A stretch of 64,000 bases of DNA, from contig DF237465.1 of the NCBI GenBank assembly GCA_000708835.1, positions 1,227 to 65,226 of the forward strand, given 5' to 3'. The first letter of the stretch is position 1. Each line of letters begins with the position of its first letter. Shown here in pieces: positions 46,632 through 58,200 of the stretch. Under the pieces are notes generated by a model. It did not search any database, was not told where the DNA came from, and was given only the letters and a program-made list of their open reading frames with translations. This stretch comes from Klebsormidium nitens (taxonomy: Eukaryota; Plantae; Klebsormidiophyceae). The translations under genes were made by a program, and so were the position numbers.

Positions 46632-49600
46632 TTACTTTAGCTGTTCCAACTCGTCCAGCAGGATCGTAAGCACCTCTTCTTTAAGCGGTATGTACAGGCA
46701 GTCCTGACCGTCGTGCCCTCTTCGCGTTTTGACCAGCTGGTGGTCTCGGAACTCGACAAGGTGCGTGCGCAACGTTGTCTCGCTGCTCACGATGAACTTC
46801 TCTCGGCAGAGTGTGTATAGACGATGGAAAGGGAGACCTGCGAAAGGGGGATTGTCAGTCTCCTTTTAGAACGGCTGACTTGTGCTGGCTGCCGTGATGG
46901 AAGCTTTTGAGGGAACTTGCAAACGGAGAAACCAATGGCCACGTCAGCGAAGACCACAGAATGGACCACAGAAAGGATCGGCAAGCTCTACAAGGAAGTC
47001 AAGGTTGCGCATGGCAGAACCGGGTGGTGACGTCAGCTATGGTGGGCGTCAAATAGCGGTTGACTGCTGTTCGATAAATCGATCTTTAGATAAATGAGCC
47101 GGTATTAGATTGCCTAGCACCAACTCCCAATGGAAGTTCGATTCGAAGCTTAGTCCGAAGAGGATAAAGACGATCGCTATGGCGCTGTGGTGTTTTCAAT
47201 TCAGCTCTTTATGAAAGCTTCATGGGTTGGTCGGGATGCATGCCAAACGGCTACGACCGGTTGATCAGCAGGCCATCAATAGATAACACCACTGGATATG
47301 AGTTCGGTCTGCGGCAACTCGAATCGTTCACGCAGACTGTCATTCAAGCGGACCTTATCAGCAAGTGCCGCCGCCGTTAGAACTGCAAAAGATGGACTAG
47401 GCAAGATCATCCTTCATTCGGGAACATAGTGAAAACAAACGAGCGTTCTAGCGGCCCCAAGCTGAGCTTACAAAACGAGCGACGTCAGTACGAGTGTATT
47501 CACACCGACCTTGGTCGTGGTCGGGCGCCAGCTGCTGCCCGGCCAGCACTTTGAACACGCCCCGGGCGTTGGGCGTCAGACTTTTCAGCACTACGGCCGC
47601 GCCCCGAGCGCCTTTCTCGGCCCCCCGGGGAACTAGAAGTGGGGGAATGTGGGCGGTTTCCGCTGTGTACGGGGCGAAGGTCGGGGCGTGCTGCCACCAC
47701 CAGCGGAAGAGTGTGCGCTCCGCGCGGTGGTCCCAGACTGCAAAAGGGAGGGTTAAGGAGGTTAAAGGGGTTAACTGAGCGATAAAACGACGGCTTGTTG
47801 CGAGAGCCTCAAGGGAAGTCGGGGCGTGCTGCCACGAGCGGCGGAAGCGAGTGCGCTCCGCGTGGTGGTCCCAAACTGGAAGAGGAGTGGGTTAGGAGAG
47901 GGTAAGAAGGGGCTAACCTGGGTGGTTTGACAAAACAATCGACTCCTGACCTGCTTGAATGAGCTTCGTACTTGGTTGCGCACCGAAAGAAGAGAGTGCC
48001 TTGACTGTGGGTTTACTCCACATGGACCGGGGATTCAGCACAAGGTAAATAAGCTTTTCCAATAAGTTGTGTTCTCATGGATGGATTCTCCGGATAGGAT
48101 CAGGTCGATTGCCACCACAGAGCCACCCCAGATCTGGAAAAGGCGCAAACATGGTCCTCTCCCGCTTCGAAAGTCCAGTGTCGGGTAGGGACAGATTAGC
48201 ACATACCGTGTTCGAGCTTCGAAGGGGACAGTTAGCTGGGGTTAAATGGCAGGTAAAACTTTCTCTGTTCTGCTCAATGCGGTCGGGATTTCGACCATGG
48301 ACACCCCCAAGCAGAGGGCAGAGGGCCAAACTAAACGAGCGCTCGGCAACAAAGCAGTTATACCAAAAACCGCTTTTGGAAGGACCAACCAAGCTTACGC
48401 AGAGTGGCGTTAACGTTATCCACCGACGCGATTAGCCGCACCCCTCGACAGCGCGCCATCTCGCCGAGCAGCGCCTGCGCCTCCGGCTTCCGCAGATCTG
48501 GGCCGTCGATGTTGTGGACGATCAGGTAGAGATGCGATCTGAGCCGTCGATGGTCGAGGAAAGCGAGCAGGTCGTCTTCTTTGGCGGTGGAAGAGGGGTC
48601 GGGGGGGCGCTCCGAGGAGGGGGCGGGGCGTTTGCACTCGTGCTCCCAAAGAGTGCGGGTTACGAGGGCGAGGACCTGGTTGACCAACTTGGTTAGGAGA
48701 TCGCCGCAATTTCGCAAGAATTGAGAAACGGTGCAAAGTCGTGAGTAGTTCGCTTCTTTAGACAGAAAACAGGCTGGCAGAGCTCGACGGTGAGAAGGTC
48801 CAAGAACGGAAGCCATTGGTACCAGAGGTTTGGCTTTACCAATAAGGACTTGATCAACAACCGAGTAAGGACTCGACCAAGATGAACACTCAAGGACCCA
48901 TTTCTGGTTTTCTGGAGACTTCGTTTTACGAGAGGCCACTCCCGCTTTTCGAAACACTTTCAGAGGTTGCTAAAATTGGGGCTCGTTGAGACGGTTGAGG
49001 AACTTGGGTCGTGTGTTCAAAATCCGAATGGGAGGCTCCATTCTGGCCGGTTAAGTGAGCCCTTTCGCGAACATTCTGACTCGTAGCCCTTGGTGCCACA
49101 TCCTACTCAATTTTCGGTCAGTAGGGGCGACTACACGTCAGCAAGTGATCCTGATGACGGCAAACTTCACGGACCCTGAAGGCAGTCCGGCTTCGACCTC
49201 CATGCAGCGCAGCAGTGCCCATCGTTAACCCCCCAAAAACGTCACCCATTTCCAGTTTACTTTTCGTGTGGCTTGATATGCTGCTGCCGAAAGTGCTGGA
49301 GCGTGCTATTCGACAAATCCTTACCTGTTTCAAATTTACAGCCGGAAGGAAGCCGTTGACCACGACCGCAGGCCCGTCGGTACAAGAAGCAGAGGCGAAC
49401 CTTTCAAGCAACGCCCGCTTCGAGCCGAACCCGTAGAAAAGAAGGCTGAAACCACCGCTGCAAAGCAGCAACAAAAGCAATCTTGTTGACTCACCGTTCA
49501 AGGAGTTTATCCAGTGACATAGAGCGTCGATGTTCATGACAAACTAGTCAACCTCTAAACCAGTAGCGTTTGAAGTGTCTAGTCCTTGGCTTATAGTACA

Positions 49601-51564
49601 AAAGGAGGTTAGCAAGGACGCGGCTATGGATGCTGATCGCTGTTCTCGTCGACTGCATGCCCGTGCAGGCTCGGAGCTCCGCACGTGTCTTCTTGCCCGA
49701 TAGATTCGGAATCTCGGATCTGTTTTCTGAGCGCTTTCCTTGTTGCAAACGTGGCGCCTACATTTCAAGGGAGATACAGGAACCAATTTCTGCTTTACTC
49801 CCTTTCGACACCTTACTAATCAGACATTGGGGGTCGATCACACACTGGACAGAACTCCTGAGTTGCCCAAAGGGTATACGGCAATCGCCAATACAGAAGA
49901 CAGAACCACCCCCTGAATATGAAAAGCGTATCAGTGTTTGCACAAAGAATCTCATAAATAGATTGTCTGAGTACTAGTATTGTTCCTCGGCTAAGGAGAA
50001 ACGTAAACTTTTTGGCGCTGCGCTTCGATTGACAACCCGTTTCGTCAAGCCCATTACAGAAAGTGACCCAACAAACGATTACTTGACACTGAAATCCCAT
50101 ATTGCTGATTGAATAGGGAGTATTCACCTCAGTCGGAAGTGCCAGTCGTCAAAGTGCTGTGTATACGACTCCAGCAGTGCCGCCTGCTCCTCAGGATGCG
50201 ACGGAGGCAGAGTCGCTTTGGCATCGCGCATCGCCTGCAACAAAGAAGGAACGAGGGGACTTTTCAAAGCCGACTCCGAAAACTGCGTTTTGTCCTTCTC
50301 AAAGTTCCAAAACATCATCGAAATCAGACAGAAGCACGCTTCGAGGAAGGTCGCTGGACACACAGTCACAAGACAGCTCGAATTTTGTCCAATGTTTCAG
50401 GTACTTTTCCATCATCGTCACCTTTAGAAGCCTAGGTCCCTTCTCTTTGCTCCCGCGTAAACCTCAGTACTTCTTGGCTTTGAAAGATGCTCATAGAACA
50501 GACAGATTTCCCAAGGTGAGGACTTCATCGCCCTATTGCCTGTTTGGTGAATTGAGGCAATGGACAAGAACACGGAATGGGCCCCCAAGTGACTCAGCAA
50601 CCTTGGAAACAAATGCACAAGAAAAGGATGGAAAGTGCTTCGGCCCCCCATTGCACCTGCTCGCTAACTAGGTCGAGATCCTGCATCTTCCGGGCAGCTT
50701 TGCGGCCCCGCTTGGCCCCCTTGGGATTGGACGGCGGTTGGCTTGGGTCCTCATCTGATTCCTCACCGTCCCCCTGACTGCAAAAGACAAAGTAAAAGTC
50801 AACAATATTTGTCAGAGGTGAAACATCAACGTCCCTCATTCTGGCAGTAGCGTACTGCAGCCTTGTGCTGGCAATTATGAAATTCCATTTCTCAAGTAAT
50901 CGACGCCAGCGAAACAAAAACGACCGACCACTAGCTTTTATGTAGCTTGCGGCATTCAAGAAAGAAGGATGAGCTTGATTTGAAGCTTCTATTCAGACAA
51001 TTGAGGCTTGTAAGCTGGCTTCAGGTTTCCCGATAAAAGTTTCTGGTGACATCAGCTCGTCTTCTGTTTGCTTTAGCTCGTGTTGCCCCAGCCACCAGCT
51101 AGAAGTAAAACCTTTTATGAAACTTAAGTCGACTTGTTTGCAGATCTCTGGTGCTTCAATGCTGCTGGTTAGTGTTGATGCACGTATTAGTGGTCACTGT
51201 GGTGCTTATTTCATCAGAAAGTGGGATTGTTGTCCTGTGCAAAGACAACAACTCTCAAAACAGTAAGTCACAGCATTTGACTGTGCTACATCCTGGGATC
51301 CTTGACTTGAGCTCTGTGTGCCAACCCAGCTTGCTGCAAGCATAAAAGCGTTCTTTCTTGCAGCTTCCATTTATTGTAGCACTCAACTATCTGCTGCAGA
51401 AAAAAGCAACCTCAGGTTCTCAACTAGTTCCACGTTTCTCACCCGAGGAGCGCTGCGATACTGGCGCCGTTCGCCTCAGTCTCCTTCTGCTTGCCCTTCT
51501 CTGCCCTTGAAGGCCCTGGAACAGCTTCTACATCCTCCCCTGCGCCAGCTGTGCTGTCCTCCAT
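46632..51564 (-). CDS. ORC2: Origin recognition complex subunit 2
   Basis: Exons 51564-51443 (start tentative), 50777-50657, 50234-50128, 49457-49325, 48675-48399, 47737-47510, 46837-46632, phases consistent. Motifs [61 protein letters not shown] and [24 protein letters not shown] are characteristic of ORC2. Confidence 0.93.
47738..47875 (-). repeat. 138-nt duplication of ORC2 exon 6 acceptor plus exon start
   Basis: ccag|tttgggaccaccacgcggagcgcactcgcttccgcc...tggcagcacgccccgac at 47875 versus true gcag|tctgggaccaccgcgcggagcgcacactcttccgc at 47737. Confidence 0.85.
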
Positions 51565-51740
51565 AGATGCCACCAACTTACTGCACGGCGTGCTGTAGAT
51601 CCAATGCAACTTCGAGATTCCTGACACCCTCACAAAAACAAAGCACAGGTCTTTGACGTCCGTCCCCTTGATTCGCATAAAAGCCTCCTCATTGAACTTG
51701 AAGTTGAAGCCTATTAGGCAGTAGGTGGCAGTAGGTAGGC

Positions 51741-51745
51741 AAAAA
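51741..51745 (-). terminator. Candidate RNA polymerase III terminator (T5) downstream of tRNA-iMet
   Basis: aaaaa on the plus strand at 51741-51745, which is TTTTT on the tRNA strand. Confidence 0.5.
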
Positions 51746-51779
51746 GGAAATTCCGGAAGCTTGCCACTCTCTGCCAGTG

Positions 51780-51851
51780 TATCAGAGGAAGGTTTCGATC
51801 CTTCGACCTGTGGGTTATGGGCCCACCACGCTTCCGCTGCGCCACTCTGAT
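51780..51851 (-). tRNA. Initiator tRNA-Met (CAT)
   Basis: 72 nt: ATCAGAGTGGCGCAGCGGAAGCGTGGTGGGCCCATAACCCACAGGTCGAAGGATCGAAACCTTCCTCTGATA. A1-U72 pair, three G-C pairs in the anticodon stem, CAT anticodon, AUCG T-loop typical of eukaryotic initiators; T5 run about 35 nt downstream. Confidence 0.97.
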
Positions 51852-52299
51852 GGAGCGGGCAAACAGGGTGCGCAAATGAATACATAAAGCATATTGCGCA
51901 GTTCTTCGGGCCTCCGCAAGAGCTTGTTTCTAGTTGCTATGGTTCGCTAGTTTTGGCCCTGCCTTTCAATAGAACACGGCGTTCGTACCTCATGCTTCTT
52001 AGTGAGCGCGGGCGCGCGCGTATTCAAAGCTGAGCTGGACAGGCCCAGGGCCACGGGACAGATGCTACACTGCCTACAGCCTCAGGCAAGAGAAAGACGC
52101 CGCATCCATGCATGGGCGTTGGAGGGCGGCCACTTGCGTCCTCGAGGAAATCTGTGCAACTTCCCGCTAACCTGGCGTCCGGGAGGTGTTGAGATGCACA
52201 TCCTGCCAATATTGCTGAGGTGCACCCAAAATGAAGCGAGATTGGCAATGAGAGCAATCTGCCGTTGAAGTGACACATTGTTCAGCTTGTGGCAAGAGG

Positions 52300-55200
52300 A
52301 TGGTGCACTCTGCTTTCAAGGCAGTCTGCCTCGTGCCCGAGAGCCGAGTGAAAGTGGAGAGCGTGGCGCTCTGGGGAGACCGCTTGCTGGTTAGTATCCG
52401 TATTCTCAGCGGCTCCCGCCTTTTGCAAATCCCTTTGATTTGAGCCTGCCAGAACGCAGCTGAGAAATCTGGCCTGATGTATACTGTGCTGGCGCACAAC
52501 TTCCTCTGAAGATTTGTGCTCTTTATAACTTGTGAAGGGCCTGTCTTGTTGATTGGCACGATAGGGAAGCTTCGGATGTCTTGTGCTGCTGAGTGCATAT
52601 TCCACAGAATAGAAGGATCGGTTAAGTGCGTCTGGCTAGCTAACACCCAATTAATTTATTCATATCCTGCTCAATCATGGCACTCTGATCAATGAATGAA
52701 AGGAAGTGACCTACGCTTCAACAATGTTTAATTTGTGTCGGTTTTCCTCCAGGTTGGCTGCCTTGATGGATCACTGCAAGTGCATGGTCCCCCCCAAGGA
52801 GCGGAGTCCCCAGATGGAGCGCCCTACGCTCTTGTTGAGAAAAGGGTCGGCTTTGGCAAGAAGTCCATCGTGCAATTGGACGTGCTTCAAGTGAGGCTAC
52901 TTTCCTTATTGCTTTGAATCAGGTGCCTCACTATAGTTTTGGAATTAATTTCTCCTGTCAGGATCCACTTGCAGAAAGAAAGACATCAGCAATCCTGTTT
53001 CGGAGATTGAGGTCTGTTCCGCACTGCTGAAGCATGAGCCAGCATCTGCTGTCTAGTTTCAATTCTTCACAATGGACCTTCCACCCGAATGTGTCCTTTC
53101 GTTTGATCAGAACATCTTTCTCCCGCCCCCAGACCAGGGCAGGGACACATATACGACTTGCACTGGTGCTGATAAATTCTCAATTGAGCTGGCAGATGTT
53201 TTTCTCGTTTGTCCACAATCTACCCAATAAACCAATGGTTTGTCCACAATGGTCCCAACCAACCAACGGATATAACGAGAAAACGGCCTGAAAAAATCCA
53301 ACGCCGTTTTCCAACACACAATCTCCACTACCCCCTCTCCAGTCAAGAGCGCTTCTCGTGTCCCTCTCCGACGGCATCAGCCTGCACACCCTCCCCGAAC
53401 TCGACCTCGTAACGCACCTCTACAAAACAAGGGGGGCCACTTCCTACGCCCTCCAGCCCCCCGCCGGCCTCCTCGCCGTTGCGCTCCGCCGGAAGCTCCT
53501 CGTCTACTCCTTCGACGCCGCGAACAAGGATGACGTCAGCATCTCGGAGAAGGCTGACGTCAGCATCCCGGACGCGGTGCGCACGATGGCCTGGGCGGGA
53601 GAGGGGGCGGTGTGCGTCGGGATCGGGCGGCAGTATTCGTTGGTGAACGTGCAGACGAGAGCGATGACGGACGTTTTTCCGACCGGTCGGATCGGGCCGC
53701 CGGTCGCGGCGGTGCTGCCGGAGGGCGAGCTGCTTCTGAGCAAGGTGCAGTTTATGCGCGGTCTCGTCTTTGCTTTCCCCTCTTTTCTTCTCGGCCCCGT
53801 TTTCCGTCCCGTTGGTAACTTATCATGGGCAATCATAGGGCGATCTCCGGCAAGTTCCTCGTATTCACCGTGTTAGGGCAAGAAGAAAACAGTGTTCTTG
53901 TAAGTGCACTTCAGATTTCGGACAGGTAGTGTCATGGCAACCCTCATTCACGAACACGTTTCTTACTGTATAGCAGGCTGATTCGAGTCGAGAGTCCCAA
54001 AGAAATTGTTCGAAAACGAATGACAAGAAGCACTGGAAGTGATGGCTTTGAAGTTGCAGTGTTTCATCCAAAGTCCTATCTTTTCCTGAATTTGGCGTAA
54101 AGCCGGTGTCGGGCCTTTGTTTGCCAGCGTCAGATCATGTTGTAGAGAGATTTCATCCATCAGAGCTGTTCCGTCTGACGAGATTTCGTTCTCGATGCTC
54201 GTGGCATCTTATTGAACCGCAGGCTTTTGCCCCCCTTCGATTGCAAGATACTTCAAAGTGCAAGTTCGTCCTTCGTCGAAGAGTTTCTTCGATCTTAGTC
54301 TGCGTCAAGAATCCTGTTCTGCTTACATGCATTTGCAGGATAATTAACGGCGTCTTCGTGGATGCTGCCAGAGCTCCTCCCTTCATCTTACTTCCTTCCT
54401 TGTTCTTACACTTCGTTTCTTGGATGAGAGTCCCTTTTTTGTCTCTCTTGTAGAACAAGATTGCCGTGCTTGTGGTTGCTGCCAAAGCGCCCTCCTTCCG
54501 CCTACTTCCCTTTCTTGTCCTTGCTTCTTGTTCCTGATTCAAACGTCTCTTTGATGACCCTTTTGCGGGACAACATCGGCGTGTTTGTGCACTGCTACTG
54601 AAGCTCCGTTACTGCTACTCCTATCATTTGCTTCAGATGGTTTCAGCAGTTTTATCAGCTTAACCCGAGTTAACGCTCGCAAGGAGCCCGGTGTGTCGGA
54701 AAGCTTTCTCAGTCTTTGGCTTTCTGTTCTCGCAGGACAACATCGGCGTATTTGTGGATGCTGCCGGCAAGCCCACCCGGACCGGCGGCCTCAGCTGGTC
54801 GGAGCCGCCGGCCTCTGTTATCGCCTCACCTCCGTACATCATTGCTTTGCTGACGCGCTTTGTCGAGGTAAAAGGCTTTTGTCTCTTCTATTTTGGGAAG
54901 TCGTTCCGAGTCTCAAGCACAAACTACCTGCCAACGACGAAGTGTAATTTTGTCCATAGTGCTCGCACAGCCGGCGGGAGAATCGATGTCGAAAAGCTGG
55001 AACGTAGGACAAATTGAAATGGTTTCTGGACAGCGGTCCGTCGGCTCTTCCTCGTCACGAATTCTTCCCGGCTTACAAGCCCTTTCTTATGCAACACGTT
55101 GACTTGAAACTCTGTTCTGTGCACTGCGGGCTACCTAAAACCAAAGTCTAAAATGCACAAGTGGAAGAAAAAATCGGTTTCGTCCTGGGTGATGGTCTCG

Positions 55201-58200
55201 GTGACAGTATGCGTCGTCGGGTGGTCCCTTTACTTTGTTACCGATCAAGTCGTTGTACTCGCTCTTTTCGCGCAGACTTTTTCCGTCGGTCCGATTATCA
55301 CCCAGAACTTCCGGCGTGATCCTTCATAGTTGTCTGACGCCACACCTAAATTGAATCTGACGTCATCTCTCCAGGTGCGCTCGCTGCGCCCCCCTCACTC
55401 CCTGGTGCAGACCGTCCCTCTGCGCTCCATGACCCTGCTGACGTCAGCGCCAGCTGGCAGCGCCCTGGTGGCCGACGACAAGGCCGTGTACCGCTTGCAG
55501 CCGGTCGACGTGGCAGCACAGGTAGGCTCTGCTGCTTTCTGTCGTTTCAATGAAGTGAGCGCTTTGCAAATCAGAAATTGGTTGCTTGGAGGTTTTCTGT
55601 TCGCTGAGGCTTCAGAGAAACATGAAGTTCACGGCTCGGGGATGCAACAATGCCCTGCCGCAGAGACAGTGGAACGAGTTGCTCTGCTCTGTAACGCCGT
55701 GATAGTGTTGACTTTTGACTTTTGAGAAGCTTTGTCCAGACCCGCCAAGTTTTTAAATCTCCATTGTCCGCCAACACGAGCACGCACTTGCTGAAGCGCA
55801 AGCACACCGTTTCAGCACTGTTTGACCCCGTGATCTTCTCCATGGATGTGAAACTGTTGCCAGCTTTTGACGTTTGCTTGGACGTGCAGATCTCGCAGCT
55901 CCTCGCGGGTCGCCAGTACGAGGACGCGTTGCTGCTTTGCCAGCAGCTGCAAGGGGAGGAGGCGCAGTCACGAACAGCGAAGGAAGACGAGATCCATACG
56001 CGCTACGCAGAGGACCTGTTTCAGAGGGGCGAGTATGAGAGTGCCATGGTGAGAAACTATCTGGTTTCTCAGCCAGTCTGATCTCAGTATTCCGACCGAG
56101 GAAAGGCCTACTCAGATTATGTTGTCAAGCGCTGGCTTGCAATGTGATTTGTTGAACCGACGGAACACTGTGCAGAGCTGTTTGTATCTCGAAGGACACG
56201 CGCGAAATGCTGTCGAGTAGTCGAGATCTCCGGGCGAAGGGCTGTCGTCAACGGCTTCGAGAGCGGGGCTCAAGCGGGAATCTGGAAGCTATGATGACCA
56301 AAAGGGCATCACGCGTGACCTTCAACCGCAGAATATCGAGACTCAACGTGCCAACAAAAAAAGAGCACTGCTTTTCAGCTCTGCTAATGGGGTTTTTACC
56401 CTATCGTTTCCAACACTTTCTTTCCTTTTGGACTTGAACGCTCCGGTTGCGTAGCCCGCCTTACTCAACGCTCCGTTTCCAACTGCAGGCTCACTTTGCG
56501 GCAGCTCCCCTGGACCTTCCATCCCTCCTATCTCGATACTCCTCCATCGAGCTCCCGTCAAACATTCCCTCTGAACCTGAAGCCCAGTTGAGAACCGGCC
56601 CCGACAACCTAAACAATCCTTATACCGAAAGACCCGTTTCTAGAGAGAGTTCCCTCTCGCCAACCGTTGCAAACAGCCCGCTTGCGGGCCTCACCCTTAC
56701 CCGCGCTCTGAAAGCCCTTTCGGAATTCTTGACACTGAAGCGGCCGGGCATAGTATCCCTAGTCGAGCCTCGCCGAAGTAGTGTCAGTCTGCCCTCCTCC
56801 GATTACAGCTCGAGGGAGCCTGCACCTTCTCAGGGCCTCTCGCCGCAGCAGCAGGCGACCCTTCTTGACACCGCGCTGCTCCAAGCGCTGCTGGCGACGG
56901 ACAGTGTCAAGCAGGCGCGCCAGCTGCTCGACGGCCCCAACTTATGCCACGTGGCGACCTGTGAGCCGCTCCTTTCGGCAGATGGACGGTTCGAGGAGCT
57001 TTTGGCGTTGTATAGATCGCAAGGGGCGCATCGAGAGGCGCTCGATCTGCTCAGACGGCTGGCTGAAGACGGGTCTGGGGGGTCAGCTTTCGGGCATGAG
57101 CGGCTAGCGGAGTATTTGAAGCAGCTGGGGAGCGACAATATTGGCCTCCTGTTGGAGTACTCAAAATGGCTTTTGGAGGTGAGCGAACGTTCTGCTCTCG
57201 ATGGTGCGAGCAATTAACATCCTCAGTTCTGCTTCAATCTATGAGGTAGGGAGAGCGTGCGAGGGATCGTGCCATCGTTCGTGGATGGAGCGGCTCTTTC
57301 GCCTCCTCCAGGTCGCGTTTCCAGTTTTGCGTGAATCAAACGCTTTCATTCGAGTAGGCGAAGTTCGCGTTTCAGCGCATCTCGCAGTCAGCCTTTGAGC
57401 AAGGCTTTGTGGAAACGTCTGATGGTGGTGTCAGGAGCAGAATCCGGATGGCTCCTGTTGCTAACAGTCAGCGCCCATGAGCAGCCACGCCTTGCCGAAT
57501 CCATCGCTGACACTTGCATTCTCTCCATCAGCTTGGTAAAGATTTCTGTTGCCTCATGTTTCAGAAGTCGCAGAACGAAGTACGCCTCATGTTTCACAAG
57601 TCGCAGAACGAAGTACCCACCCTTCTTTGCAGGCTCATCCTGACGAAGGCCTCGCCCTCTTCAAAAACCTGGACCCCCCCATCCCGCCCCAAACCGTCCT
57701 CGCCCACCTGCGCACCCACGCTCCCCAGCTCTCCGCCGCATACCTCGAACACATTCTGGGGGGGTCCGCGGGGAGTCAGCCGCCCAGCCTGCCCGCCACC
57801 CCCCCGCAGCTGTCCCGCCTCAGCAGCAGCAGCTTCGGGGGGGACAGTTTCGGGGGCGAGAGCACCCCCCCGGCGGCGAAAACGCCGACCGAGGACGAAG
57901 GGCTGAGCAAAGAGCTGGTGCATTTGTATCTCGAACGTGTTTTGGAGGAGGCCAAAGCGGGGAGTGTTTCAGGTCGGGGGGTCGGAGCGGAAACCGGAAC
58001 AGCGGAAGGGGGAAGAAAGTGGGACGAGCGAGCGAAAAGCGAGACGCGGCAGAAACTGCTGTCGCTGCTCGAGCGGTCGACTGCGTACGATCCGAAGCGG
58101 CTGCTGTCCGAAATTGCGGACGGAGTTCTGCTGTACGAACGCGCTCTTCTGTTGGGCCGGCTGGGAAAACACCGGCAGGCGCTGTTTCTCTACTCGCGAG

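Noticed and set aside
51439-51885. 148-aa ORF running through the tRNA into ORC2 exon 1
   Set aside because: The 5' part is the tRNA-iMet gene and its flank read in frame by chance; only the part from ATG 51564 is plausibly coding.
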